From contig JAZKZW010000089.1 of the NCBI GenBank assembly GCA_045612865.1, forward strand, positions 1 through 54,571: a stretch of DNA of 54,571 nt, read 5' to 3'. Numbering within the stretch: position 1 is the first letter of the stretch; every line of letters begins with the position of its first letter. The DNA comes from Eubacteriales bacterium. Its GTDB lineage: Bacteria > Bacillota > Clostridia > Oscillospirales > CAG-272. This document shows positions 10,603 to 20,288 of this stretch, piece by piece. Under the pieces are notes generated by a model that saw only the letters and a program-made list of their open reading frames with translations, was not told where the DNA came from and searched no databases. A program made the translations under genes and the position numbers.

Positions 10603-12342
10603 ATGGATATTTTAGGACTTTTGTGCGGCTTGGCCCTGTTCCTTTACGGAATGGACGTTATGGGTGACGCGCTGAAAAAGAGCGCAGGCTCAAGCCTTAA
10701 AACAATTCTTGGAAAAATGACATCTAATCCCGTTAAGGGCTTTCTTCTTGGACTTGGCGTAACAGCCGTGATCCAGTCCTCCTCTGCTACTACGGTTATG
10801 GTAGTTGGCTTTGTTAACTCAGGCACTATGACACTTCTTCAAGCTGTTGGAGTTATTATGGGCGCAAACGTTGGTACTGCTGTAACATCCTGGCTTACCG
10901 GTCTTTCCGGCGTTGGCGATGCTCTCAAGTGGCTTAAGCCCGATTCCTGGATTCCCTTTGTGGCTGTTATAGGCATTTGCCTTATTATGTTTGTTAAGAG
11001 AGGACGTAAGAAGGATATTGGCTTCATTCTCATCGGCTTTGCCGTGCTTATGGTAGGTATGGATATGATGAGTGGTGCAGTTAGCGAGCTTAAGGACAAT
11101 GAATCTTTCAAGAGTATTCTCACTACGTTCAATAACCCAATCTTAGGCGTGCTTGCAGGATGTATCTTAACTGCTATAGTTCAGTCATCATCTGCGTCGG
11201 TTGGTATTTTACAGTCGCTTACTACCACGGGTGCTATTACCTTTGGCACTGCCATTCCAATCATTATGGGACAGAATATCGGTACTTGCGTTACTGCAAT
11301 GATTTCTTCTGTTAGCGCAAATAGAAATGGTAAGAGAGCTGCCCTTGTTCACTTGTATTTTAACATCATTGGTGTTGTTTGCTGGCTTTCAATCTACTAT
11401 ATATTCTGGGCGATTTTTGATCAGATAAAGGCATTTGCACTAGGTCCTATCGATATGTGGGGCGTTGCCGCAGTGCATACTATCTTCAAGGTGCTTTCTG
11501 TTGCCCTTATCTCTCCCTTCTATAAGCAGCTTGAAAAGCTTGCGGTTCTCACCATTAAGGACAAAGAGGATGATGAGGATGAAAAGAGCAGTCCCCTCGA
11601 CGAGCGTCTTATTCTTACTCCTTCTATCGCCGTTGAGCGTGCAAATGAGGTTACAGGCGCTATGGCAACTGTTTCCTGTAAGGCTATAAGAAATGCTGTT
11701 TCCGTATTTAACTCCTATGATCCTAAGCTTGCCGAAAAGGTCAGAAAACAGGAAAATAAAGCAGATAATTACGAGGACAGCCTTGGCGCATATCTCATTA
11801 AGATAACCGAAAATAATGTTGATGACCAGGATTCTAAGCAGATAACAAAGCTTCTTCACATTATTGGTGACCTTGAGCGTATCTCCGACCACGCGGTGAA
11901 CATTGTTGAATCTGCAGAGGAAATAGCAGACAAGAAGCTTGAATTCTCCAATGAGGCTAAGCGTGAGATATCTGTTCTTAGTGAGGCAGTTCTTGAAATC
12001 TTGAGTCTTACAGAGCAATCATTTATTGAAAACGATGTTGAAAAAGCAAAGATGGTTGAGCCTCTCGAGCAGGTTATTGACGGACTTAAGAACAAGATAA
12101 AGAAAAATCATATCCGCCGTCTTCAGGCTAATGAATGTACAATAGAGCATGGATTTGTTCTTGCCGACATTCTTAATAACTTTGAGAGAGTATCAGACCA
12201 TTGCTCCAATATTGCGGAATGTGTTATTGAAATTTCCGAGAGGGAGATCATAGATAGCCATAAATATATGCGTGAAATGAAGCGTGATAACTCCTTGTTT
12301 GATGAAAAATACAAAGAATATAAAGGAAAATACACCATTTGA
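10603..12342 (+). CDS. Na+/phosphate cotransporter (NptA/YjbB family) with tandem PhoU domains
   Basis: Two QSSS motifs, GANVGT / GQNIGT, C-terminal DLERISDH and NFERVSDH. Confidence 0.92.
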   Translation: MDILGLLCGLALFLYGMDVMGDALKKSAGSSLKTILGKMTSNPVKGFLLGLGVTAVIQSSSATTVMVVGFVNSGTMTLLQAVGVIMGANVGTAVTSWLTGLSGVGDALKWLKPDSWIPFVAVIGICLIMFVKRGRKKDIGFILIGFAVLMVGMDMMSGAVSELKDNESFKSILTTFNNPILGVLAGCILTAIVQSSSASVGILQSLTTTGAITFGTAIPIIMGQNIGTCVTAMISSVSANRNGKRAALVHLYFNIIGVVCWLSIYYIFWAIFDQIKAFALGPIDMWGVAAVHTIFKVLSVALISPFYKQLEKLAVLTIKDKEDDEDEKSSPLDERLILTPSIAVERANEVTGAMATVSCKAIRNAVSVFNSYDPKLAEKVRKQENKADNYEDSLGAYLIKITENNVDDQDSKQITKLLHIIGDLERISDHAVNIVESAEEIADKKLEFSNEAKREISVLSEAVLEILSLTEQSFIENDVEKAKMVEPLEQVIDGLKNKIKKNHIRRLQANECTIEHGFVLADILNNFERVSDHCSNIAECVIEISEREIIDSHKYMREMKRDNSLFDEKYKEYKGKYTI

Positions 12343-12394
12343 TTTTGACGGATAACACCCGAATTTTAAATGACAATGTTAAAAGTGCAGTCCA

Positions 12395-13711
12395 ATGAAT
12401 AACGAAATTGTTCCAAAAAATGTAAACTATAGTTATGATAGGTACTATAAAACAGCAAAATATCCTATCAGACAACCAATATATCTCACCTGGCTTATTT
12501 GGGTTTTATCACAGATAATGCTTCTTGGCAAGAAAAAGAAAATCGAGCGCGTTGGTATGGAGGGGCTCAAGCCGCCATATATGATTTTATCAAATCACCT
12601 GTCCTTTGTGGATTTTGAGCTTGTTGCCCTTGGCACCTATCCCCAGCGAATGAATAATGTTGTTAATGTTGATGGCTATTATCTTCGCCCCTGGCTTATG
12701 GAATGGATCGGCTCTATCGGCACAAGAAAATTCACCTCCGATATTCATCTTATCAAGTCCATAAGAAAGGTTCTTTCCCGCGGTGACGTTCTTACCATGT
12801 ACCCGGAGGCAAGATATTCCCCTTGTGGAATAACGTCCTATCTTCCCGATTCTCTCGGTATGCTTATCAAGAGATGTAAGGTGCCAATCGTTCTTGTTAT
12901 GCAGAGAGGTAACCACCTCCATATGCCTGCATGGAATGTTAAAAATGTAAGAAAGGTGCCTATGCACACGACCATCAAGCTGGTTCTCACCGTTGAAGAT
13001 ATAGAGAAGATGTCCGCAGAACAAATCAATGCCTTCATCAGAAAAGAGATGAGCTACGACGAGTATAAGTACCAGAAGGATAACGGAATTCTTATCACCG
13101 AGCCAAAGAGAGCAGAGGGTCTGCACAAGGTTCTTTACCAGTGTCCACATTGTATGACCGAGTCTAAAATGAACTCACAGGGCGCAGAGCTTTACTGCGA
13201 GGAATGTGGCAAGAGATGGACGCTCAATGAGGATGGTACACTTTCTGCTAATGAGGGTGAAACCGAGTTCTCTCACGTTCCTGATTGGTTTAATTGGGAA
13301 AAGGAGCAGGTAAGAGAACAGATCGAGTCCGGTGAATATAAGTTTGAGGACGATGTTGAGATCTATTCACAGCCCGGATGCTACAGCTTCCCCTACCTTG
13401 GAAAGGGTACTCTCACCCACAATGAAAAGGACGGCTTTGTTGTCAGAGGAAGCTATAAGGGAGAAGATTTCTGTATCCACAGAACCCCCATACAAACCAG
13501 CGGACTTCACGTTGAATATGATTTCCCAAAGATAAAGCCCTTGGCAGATTGTATTGACGTTTCTACCGAGAATGACTCATTCTACTGCTATCCTACAAAG
13601 GCGAATGTGATTACAAAGCTTGCCTTTGCCACCGAGATAATTTATGAGCGATGCCAGCAGAATGCGATTAAAAAGAGAAGAGCTGTTTCTAAAGAAGAAA
13701 TAGCAGAATAA
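12395..13711 (+). CDS. PlsC-like lysophospholipid acyltransferase with CxxC..CxxC Zn-ribbon extension
   Basis: NHLSFVD (HX4D), YPEAR, CPHC and CEEC. Confidence 0.8.
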   Translation: MNNEIVPKNVNYSYDRYYKTAKYPIRQPIYLTWLIWVLSQIMLLGKKKKIERVGMEGLKPPYMILSNHLSFVDFELVALGTYPQRMNNVVNVDGYYLRPWLMEWIGSIGTRKFTSDIHLIKSIRKVLSRGDVLTMYPEARYSPCGITSYLPDSLGMLIKRCKVPIVLVMQRGNHLHMPAWNVKNVRKVPMHTTIKLVLTVEDIEKMSAEQINAFIRKEMSYDEYKYQKDNGILITEPKRAEGLHKVLYQCPHCMTESKMNSQGAELYCEECGKRWTLNEDGTLSANEGETEFSHVPDWFNWEKEQVREQIESGEYKFEDDVEIYSQPGCYSFPYLGKGTLTHNEKDGFVVRGSYKGEDFCIHRTPIQTSGLHVEYDFPKIKPLADCIDVSTENDSFYCYPTKANVITKLAFATEIIYERCQQNAIKKRRAVSKEEIAE

Positions 13712-13716
13712 TAAAC

Positions 13717-13780
13717 GGAGCAAGGCTCAAATGTGGATAATATGAAAACTATTATTTGCATTTTACGGGCTTTGCTCTTT
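13717..13780 (+). terminator. Long imperfect hairpin/terminator after the acyltransferase
   Basis: GGAGCAAGGCTC-AAATGTGGATAAT pairs with ATTATTTGCATTT-GGGCTTTGCTCT, followed by T-rich sequence. Confidence 0.6.
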
Positions 13781-13930
13781 GTTTTTCTATAGGATGACAA
13801 AAGATATTAGGGATAAAATTCTGAACAAAACCGAACTGAAAATCAATAAATTGGACAAAAAAAGAAAGAGCTACAATGCCGCGAAAATGCAGTAAAGTGG
13901 CTCTTTTTTAGTTATGTAAAAATGCTTTAT

Positions 13931-14548
13931 TTAGTTTTTCTTCAGTACACCTTCGAGCAGGGCGGGCATAAGAGTGTTGTCGATCATATTTTCTATCTCT
14001 TCCGCGCTCATATTCTCGAACATAGCGCGCAGACCAAGGAAATTGGAAATACCCATCAGCGCATAGGCAACAGTTGTGTGGTCAACGGTATTAACCTCGT
14101 CAAAGCTCTTGGCAAGCCCCTTTGTATAGCTTTTTGCAAAGGAAACGTAGTAATCTATGAACATATTTTTGTCGATAGAAAGGCTTCCCCAGATAATGTT
14201 GTAAACATTAGGATTTTGCACAGCGTATTTAACGAAACATTTAATACCCTCGCGCTCGCACTCATATCTGCTGGAGCACCCTGCGATACTATCAGAGAGT
14301 CTGGATTTTATTTCGTGCTGGTATTTTTCCATCAAATATCTGTAGATGTCGGTTTTTGTATTAAAGTATATGTAGAAAGTTCCTACAGCGGTGCTCGCTC
14401 TCTTGCAAATGTCGGAAATTGAGGTCTGATAAAAGCCCACGTTTGTGAAAAGCTCCTCTGCCGCCTCTATAATTTTATGCATCTTGGCCAAACCCAGCTT
14501 TGTCTTTGGTTGGTTGACACCTTTTACGGTTAATGTTGAAGTTGACAT
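13931..14548 (-). CDS. TetR/AcrR family regulator, divergent from the catabolic cluster
   Basis: IIEAAEELF..GFYQTSISDICKRA..GTFYIYF..K HTH; start re-called to ATG 14548 (RBS AAAGG). Confidence 0.92.
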   Translation of the reverse strand: MSTSTLTVKGVNQPKTKLGLAKMHKIIEAAEELFTNVGFYQTSISDICKRASTAVGTFYIYFNTKTDIYRYLMEKYQHEIKSRLSDSIAGCSSRYECEREGIKCFVKYAVQNPNVYNIIWGSLSIDKNMFIDYYVSFAKSYTKGLAKSFDEVNTVDHTTVAYALMGISNFLGLRAMFENMSAEEIENMIDNTLMPALLEGVLKKN

Positions 14549-14573
14549 TGTGATACCTTTCGTTAAAAAAATC

Positions 14574-14608
14574 AATGTTATTATAACATTTCTTTCGGCA
14601 AATTGCAA
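14574..14608 (-). promoter_or_regulatory. tetR promoter with a palindrome over its -10 box
   Basis: Minus strand TTGCAA-17-TATAAT with extended TG; AATGTTA-TTA-TAACATT at 14574-14590. Confidence 0.7.
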
Positions 14609-14679
14609 TAGGTTTCGGTAATATTTTTGTATATTTTTCACTAAAATTATTTACTAACTTTTAATTTTTACATTATATA

Positions 14680-14708
14680 TTGACAAGAAAATTCGAATGT
14701 TATATAAT
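14680..14708 (+). promoter_or_regulatory. Consensus sigmaA promoter of the maoC-bcd-etf operon
   Basis: TTGACA(14680-85)-17-TATAAT(14703-08). Confidence 0.88.
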
Positions 14709-14718
14709 ATAAGTGTAA

Positions 14719-14865
14719 AAAATATGAATGATATTCAACATTTTTGGTGTAAATTTGGCGTACGCCTATTTTTTGGCCACAAAATATGAACTTTATTCAC
14801 ATTCTTAACTCGGAGTACAATGCGTACTCATTTTTTGGCTTCAAATTATGAACAAAATTCATTTT
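14719..14865. repeat. Degenerate 62-bp tandem repeat carrying three TGAA-N5-TTCA palindromes (putative operators)
   Basis: TGAA-N5-TTCA at 14725, 14787 and 14849; the first two units also share GCGTAC and TTTTTTGGC. Confidence 0.8.
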
Positions 14866-14888
14866 TACTATTTCAGGAGGAAATAACA

Positions 14889-15296
14889 ATGACATTCAAT
14901 GAACTTCAGGTAGGTCAAAAAGCATCGGTGCAGAAGACCTTTACAGCTGCGGACCTTACCCTCTTTGCAGGTGTGAGCCTTGACGTTAACCCAATCCACA
15001 TGAGCGACGAATATGCAAAGAACACAGTATTCGGCAAGAGAATCGTACACGGTATTCTTACATCCGGTCTTATCTCTGCTGTTCTTGCTAACAAGCTCCC
15101 CGGCCCCGGTACAATTTATCTTGGTCAAGACCTTCGCTTCGTAGCTCCCGTTTTCGTAGGTGACGATATTACCGCGGAAGTAGAGATTGCAGAAATCCGC
15201 GAGGACAAGAAGATCATTAAGCTTAATACAACCTGCTACAACCAGGACGGCAAGGCAGTTATTACAGGTATGGCAACCGTTAAGTTCAACGGTTAA
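14889..15296 (+). CDS. MaoC/PhaJ-type (R)-specific enoyl-CoA hydratase
   Basis: FAGVSLDVNPIH hydratase-2 motif, IVHG, LPGPGTIY; start re-called to 14889 after RBS CAGGAGG. Confidence 0.9.
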   Translation: MTFNELQVGQKASVQKTFTAADLTLFAGVSLDVNPIHMSDEYAKNTVFGKRIVHGILTSGLISAVLANKLPGPGTIYLGQDLRFVAPVFVGDDITAEVEIAEIREDKKIIKLNTTCYNQDGKAVITGMATVKFNG

Positions 15297-15305
15297 GGAG
15301 GAAAT

Positions 15306-16439
15306 ATGGCAAACTATAAGTCAATTCTGTTTGAACAGATGATAAAGGACTTCGCTGAGACAGAGGTTAAGCCCCTTGCACAGGAAGTTGACGAGGAAGA
15401 AAGATTCCCAAAAGAAACAGTAGAAAAGATGGCAAAGATGGGCCTTATGGGTATCATCATTCCTAAGGAATACGGCGGAGCAGGCGGCGACTACAATATG
15501 TATATCTCTGCGGTAGAAGAGCTCTCCAAGCATTGCGGAACTACAGGCGTTATCCTTTCTGCACACACATCTCTTTGTGCAGCTCCTATCCTTGAATACG
15601 GAACAGAGGATCAGAAGAAAAAGTACCTTCCCGACCTTGCAAGCGGCAGAAAGATCGGCGCTTTCGGTCTTACAGAGCCTAACGCAGGTACAGATGCAAG
15701 TAACCAGCAGACAGTAGCTGTTGAAAAAGAGGACCACTATCTCCTTAACGGAAGCAAGATCTTCATCACAAACGCAGGCTACGCATCTACATATATCATC
15801 ATCGCAGTTACCGGCAAGGGACCAAAGGGTCCTGAAATGTCCGCATTTATCGTTGAGAGCGCATTTGACGGCTTCTCTGTAGGTAAAAAGGAAAAGAAGA
15901 TGGGTATCCGTGGTTCTTCTACCTGTGAGCTTATCTTTGATAATGTTAAGGTTCCAAAGGAAAACCTCCTTGGTAAGCGTGGCGATGGCTTCAAAATTGC
16001 TATGAAAACTCTTGACGGCGGCCGTATCGGTATCGCAGCACAGGCTCTTGGTATTGCAGAGGGCGCTCTTGATGCAACCGTTGCATACGTTAAGTCCAGA
16101 AAGCAGTTTGGCAGACCTATCTCCGCATTCCAGAATACACAGTTCCAGCTTGCAGATATGGCAACAAAGGTTGCTGCAGCAAAGGGTCTTGTTTATGCAG
16201 CTGTAAACGCAAAGCAGAACAAGCTTCCTACTCTTTCTGTAAATGCAGCACAGGCAAAGCTCTTCGCGGCTGAGGTAGCTATGGAGGTTACCACTAAGGC
16301 GGTTCAGCTTCACGGCGGCTATGGCTACACACGTGAATATCCTGTTGAGAGAATGATGCGTGACGCAAAGATCACAGAGATCTACGAGGGTACCAGCGAG
16401 GTTCAGAGAATGGTAATCTCCGGCGCACTCCTTAGATAA
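15306..16439 (+). CDS. bcd: Butyryl-CoA (short-chain acyl-CoA) dehydrogenase
   Basis: FGLTEPNAGTD, GSKIFITN, KMGIRGS, QLHGGYGY, IYEGTSEVQR; adjacent to etfBA. Confidence 0.9.
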   Translation: MANYKSILFEQMIKDFAETEVKPLAQEVDEEERFPKETVEKMAKMGLMGIIIPKEYGGAGGDYNMYISAVEELSKHCGTTGVILSAHTSLCAAPILEYGTEDQKKKYLPDLASGRKIGAFGLTEPNAGTDASNQQTVAVEKEDHYLLNGSKIFITNAGYASTYIIIAVTGKGPKGPEMSAFIVESAFDGFSVGKKEKKMGIRGSSTCELIFDNVKVPKENLLGKRGDGFKIAMKTLDGGRIGIAAQALGIAEGALDATVAYVKSRKQFGRPISAFQNTQFQLADMATKVAAAKGLVYAAVNAKQNKLPTLSVNAAQAKLFAAEVAMEVTTKAVQLHGGYGYTREYPVERMMRDAKITEIYEGTSEVQRMVISGALLR

Positions 16440-16454
16440 GCGAGGTAAAACAGA

Positions 16455-17240
16455 ATGAAAATTATTGTATGTATCAAGCAGGTGCCTAACACCACCGAAA
16501 TTAAAATCGATCCAATCACCAATACACTTAAGCGTGACGGTGTTCCAAGTATTATAAACCCAGACGATAAGACCGCTATCGAGGCTGCCCTCCAGCTCAA
16601 AGAAAAGCACGGCGCAACCGTTACAGTTCTTACAATGGGTCCTGCCCAGGCAGAGAAGGCTCTTCGTGAAGCTCTCGCTATGGGTGCAGATGAGGCTTTC
16701 CTTCTTACAGACAGAGCCTTTGCAGGTAGTGATACACTCGCTACATCCACAATTATCGCAGCAGCTATCAGAAAGCTTGGCGCAGACATCGTATTCTGTG
16801 GCAGACAGGCTATCGACGGTGATACAGCTCAGGTTGGTCCTCAGATCTCCGAGCATCTCGGTATCCCACAGATCACTTACGCGGCAGCTATTGACTATGA
16901 CGCAGCAAGAGAAACTCTCATCGTTAAGCGTCAGTTCGAGGACAGATATCAGACTCTCGAGGTTCGCGGTCAGTGCCTCGTAACAATTCTTTCAACTCTC
17001 GATCAGCCCAGATATATGAACGTTTGGGACATCGTAAATCAGGACGAGAAGGAAATCGGAATCATCACATTTGCAGACCTTGATGTTAAGAAAGAAGACA
17101 TCGGTCTTGGTGGTTCTCCCACAAAGGTTAAATCCACAGCAACAAAGCAGTTTGACAAGACAATCGAAACTCTCGAGCTTGATCCCGAAACTGCAGCAAA
17201 GACAATTGTTGACGCTCTCAAGGCGCGTCATCTTATATAA
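16455..17240 (+). CDS. etfB: Electron transfer flavoprotein beta subunit
   Basis: VCIKQVP, NPDD, AGSDTLAT, GRQAIDGDTAQVGP. Confidence 0.95.
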   Translation: MKIIVCIKQVPNTTEIKIDPITNTLKRDGVPSIINPDDKTAIEAALQLKEKHGATVTVLTMGPAQAEKALREALAMGADEAFLLTDRAFAGSDTLATSTIIAAAIRKLGADIVFCGRQAIDGDTAQVGPQISEHLGIPQITYAAAIDYDAARETLIVKRQFEDRYQTLEVRGQCLVTILSTLDQPRYMNVWDIVNQDEKEIGIITFADLDVKKEDIGLGGSPTKVKSTATKQFDKTIETLELDPETAAKTIVDALKARHLI

Positions 17241-17254
17241 GGAGGTACAGATAA

Positions 17255-18220
17255 ATGGCAAAGAATATTTGGGTATTCTGCGAACAGCGTGATGGCGAAA
17301 TCCAGAATGTATCTCTTGAGCTTATCGGCGTAGCAAGAGAGCTCGCTGAAACTACAAAAGAAAAGGTTTGCGCAATGCTTCTCGGTCACAATATTACCGA
17401 CAAGGCTGCTGACCTTATTGCACACGGTGCAGACGAGGTTTGTGTTGTTGATGATGCAAATCTTGCACACTTCGTAACCGAGCAGTACGCACAGGCGGTT
17501 ACACACATTTCCAGAAAATATGAGCCTTCCGTAATCCTCTTCGGTGCAACAAGCATCGGCCGTGATCTTGCTCCCAGACTCTCTGCAAGACTTAAGACAG
17601 GTCTTACCGCAGACTGTACAAAGCTTGAGATCAATGAGGAAGGTCAGCTCTTTATGACAAGACCTGCATTTGGTGGTAACCTCTTTGCTACCATCATTTG
17701 TCCCGACCACCGTCCCCAGATGTCAACAGTTCGTCCCGGCGTTATGAAGAAGCTTGAAAGAGACGATTCCCGCACAGGTGAGGTTGTTGTTGAAAAGATG
17801 GATTGGGATACATCCAAGTTTGCTGTAACCGTTGTTGAGGAGGTTAGATCCACTCAGTGCGCAGGTAAGATCGAGGATGCAAAGATTCTTGTTTCTTGCG
17901 GTCGTGGCGTTAAGGATGTTGCTCCCGCATACGAGCTTGCAGGTAAGCTTAAGGGCGCAGTTTCTGCTTCCCGTGCTCTTGTTGACGTAGGCATTATTGA
18001 GCATTGCAACCAGGTTGGTCAGACAGGTAAGACCGTTCGTCCCGAGGCATATCTTGCATTTGGTATCAGCGGCGCTATCCAGCACCTTGCAGGTATGGAA
18101 GAATCTGAATATATCGTAGCTGTAAACACCGATAAGAATGCTCCTATCTTTAAGGTAGCTAACCTCGGTATCGTTGCAGACGCAGCTGCAGTATTCAAGA
18201 ACATCAACAAGCTCCTTTAA
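17255..18220 (+). CDS. etfA: Electron transfer flavoprotein alpha subunit
   Basis: GLTADCT, RPAFGG, QVGQTGKTV, GISGAIQHLAGM. Confidence 0.95.
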   Translation: MAKNIWVFCEQRDGEIQNVSLELIGVARELAETTKEKVCAMLLGHNITDKAADLIAHGADEVCVVDDANLAHFVTEQYAQAVTHISRKYEPSVILFGATSIGRDLAPRLSARLKTGLTADCTKLEINEEGQLFMTRPAFGGNLFATIICPDHRPQMSTVRPGVMKKLERDDSRTGEVVVEKMDWDTSKFAVTVVEEVRSTQCAGKIEDAKILVSCGRGVKDVAPAYELAGKLKGAVSASRALVDVGIIEHCNQVGQTGKTVRPEAYLAFGISGAIQHLAGMEESEYIVAVNTDKNAPIFKVANLGIVADAAAVFKNINKLL

Positions 18221-18283
18221 TACAAAAAAGCAAACAATTATTAACAAAGAACATAAAAAATAAAGAAATGCGAGGAAAAGACC

Positions 18284-19489
18284 ATGAATAAGGTTTATTT
18301 AGTAAGCGCTAAAAGAAGCGCTATCGGCAGCATGCTTGGCACGCTCAAAGATCTTTCTCCCACATATCTTGGCGCAGAGGTTCTTAAGGCTGCCTTGGCA
18401 GAAGGTGGTGTTAAGCCCGAGTGGCTTGATGAGGTGGTTGTAGGAAACGTTCTTCCTGCCGGTGTAAAGCAGGGTCCTGCAAGACAGGTTGCTATCGGAG
18501 CAGGTGTTCCCGTTGAAATTCCCGCGTATTCTATCAATATGGTATGCGGAAGCGGTATGAAGGCTGTTATGAACGCAACCGTTGCTATCAAGTCTGGCAT
18601 GGCTGATCTCGTTGCTGCAGGTGGTACTGAAGTAATGAGCGGCGCACCTTATCTCGTTCCCGGTAAGACACGCTGGGGCGCAAAGATGGGTGATATGAAG
18701 CTTCTCGACCATATGATTCTCGACTCTCTCACAGATGCCTTCGGCAATATGCACATGGGTATCACAGCAGAGAATGTTGCAGCAAGATTTGGCCTTACAA
18801 GAGAGATGCAGGATGAATTTGCTATCAACTCTCAGAGAAAGGCTATTGAGGCACAGGATGCCGGTAAATTCAAGAATGAGATCCATCCTCTTACAGTTAA
18901 AGCAGGTAAAAAAGAGATAGTATTCGATGCTGATGAATATATTAACAGAGCAACAACTCTTGAAAAACTCGGTACACTTCGTCCTGCATTCAAGGCTGAT
19001 GGTACTGTAACAGCAGGTAACGCTTCGGGTATTAACGACGGCGCAAGCTTTGTTATCCTTGCCAGCGAGGCTGCAGTAGAAAAGTATGGTCTCAAGCCTA
19101 TGGCAGAGGTTGTTGGTATCGGTCAGGGTGGCGTTGAGCCCGACGTTATGGGTCTTGGTCCCGTTCCTGCAGTAAGAAACGCTCTTATCAACGCAGGTAT
19201 GAAGCTCTCCGAAATCGAACTTCTCGAACTTAACGAGGCATTTGCAGCCCAGTCCCTTGGTGTTGTAAGACTTCTCTCCGAAGAACATGGCGAATCCGAG
19301 GAGGCTATCCTCTCCCGTTGTAACGTAAACGGCGGTGCAATTGCTCTTGGTCATCCCGTTGGCGCAAGCGGAAACAGAATTATCGTAACCCTCGCTCACG
19401 AGCTCAGACGTAGCGGTAAGACATACGGTCTTGCTTCTCTCTGCATCGGTGGCGGTATGGGTACAGCAGTAGTACTTAAAAGAATTTAA
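18284..19489 (+). CDS. thl: Acetyl-CoA C-acetyltransferase (thiolase)
   Basis: VCGSG, NEAFAAQ, GHPVGASG, CIGGG. Confidence 0.95.
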   Translation: MNKVYLVSAKRSAIGSMLGTLKDLSPTYLGAEVLKAALAEGGVKPEWLDEVVVGNVLPAGVKQGPARQVAIGAGVPVEIPAYSINMVCGSGMKAVMNATVAIKSGMADLVAAGGTEVMSGAPYLVPGKTRWGAKMGDMKLLDHMILDSLTDAFGNMHMGITAENVAARFGLTREMQDEFAINSQRKAIEAQDAGKFKNEIHPLTVKAGKKEIVFDADEYINRATTLEKLGTLRPAFKADGTVTAGNASGINDGASFVILASEAAVEKYGLKPMAEVVGIGQGGVEPDVMGLGPVPAVRNALINAGMKLSEIELLELNEAFAAQSLGVVRLLSEEHGESEEAILSRCNVNGGAIALGHPVGASGNRIIVTLAHELRRSGKTYGLASLCIGGGMGTAVVLKRI

Positions 19490-19503
19490 TGGAGGAATTA
19501 ACT

Positions 19504-20223
19504 ATGAGATTAGAAAATAAAGTTGCAATCGTAACCGGCGGCGCTAAAGGTCTTGGCGGTGAAATGGCTATGACTTTCGCAAGAGAAGGCGCAAAGGTTA
19601 TTGCAGTTGATATGGCTCCCCTTTCCTATGAGTGTGAGGGTGTAGAATTCTATCAGCTTAACGTTACCGATTCCGAAGCTTGTCACGCACTCTTTGAGTA
19701 TGCAAAGGAAAAATACGGTAGAATCGATATCCTCGTTAACAACGCAGGTATTACCCGTGACTCTATGACAAGAAAGATGACAGATGATCAGTGGGATCTC
19801 GTTATCGACATCAACCTTAAGGGTGTGTTCAATCTCACTCGCTACGTTGGTCCTTACATGGAAGAGATCGGCGGCGGTAGCATCATTAACATTTCCTCTG
19901 TTGTTGGTGAATATGGTAATATCGGTCAGGCTAACTACGCTGCTTCCAAGGCAGGTGTTATCGGTCTCACAAAGACTTGGGCTAAGGAATTTGCAAGAAA
20001 GGGCGTTCCCGTAAGAGTAAACGCTATCGCTCCCGGCTATATCATGACAGATATGATGAAGACAGTTCCGGAGGATCTCCTTAAGAAGTTCGCAGGTCTT
20101 ACAATGCTTGGCAGACTTGGCCAACCCGAGGAAATCGCAAAGGCAGCTCTATTCCTTGCAAGTGATGACTCCTCTTATGTAACAGGTCACGTTCTCTCCG
20201 TTAACGGCGGTATGAGATTGTAA
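19504..20223 (+). CDS. FabG/PhaB-family SDR, putative (R)-3-hydroxyacyl-CoA dehydrogenase
   Basis: TGGAKGLG, NNAGITRD, NYAASK; start 19504 after GGAGG; Asp at the end of beta2 (AVDM). Confidence 0.88.
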   Translation: MRLENKVAIVTGGAKGLGGEMAMTFAREGAKVIAVDMAPLSYECEGVEFYQLNVTDSEACHALFEYAKEKYGRIDILVNNAGITRDSMTRKMTDDQWDLVIDINLKGVFNLTRYVGPYMEEIGGGSIINISSVVGEYGNIGQANYAASKAGVIGLTKTWAKEFARKGVPVRVNAIAPGYIMTDMMKTVPEDLLKKFAGLTMLGRLGQPEEIAKAALFLASDDSSYVTGHVLSVNGGMRL

Positions 20224-20288
20224 TTCAAAATTACTCATAAATATCCAAAAATGCAAATAATTATTTGCAAACAGAAAGGAATTTGATC

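Noticed and set aside
13922-14422. 166-aa plus-strand ORF
   Set aside because: Antisense shadow of the TetR gene.
14725-14861. Palindromes as Rex boxes (Rex often controls bcd-etf operons)
   Set aside because: The Rex consensus is TTGTGAA-N4-TTCACAA. These have N5 spacing and lack the outer TTG/CAA arms. A divergent Rex site is not fully excluded.
14719-14865. 62-bp periodic repeat as a mini CRISPR array
   Set aside because: Units are degenerate, the 'spacers' resemble each other, there are only about 2.4 copies, no cas genes are present, and it lies in a promoter leader.
14820-14888. Upstream ORF-track extensions (also for tetR, the SDR, KAS-III, livG, coaX, PI-PLC, greA)
   Set aside because: They run through promoters, RBSs or neighbouring genes. 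The downstream ATGs match family N-termini and most have a clear RBS.
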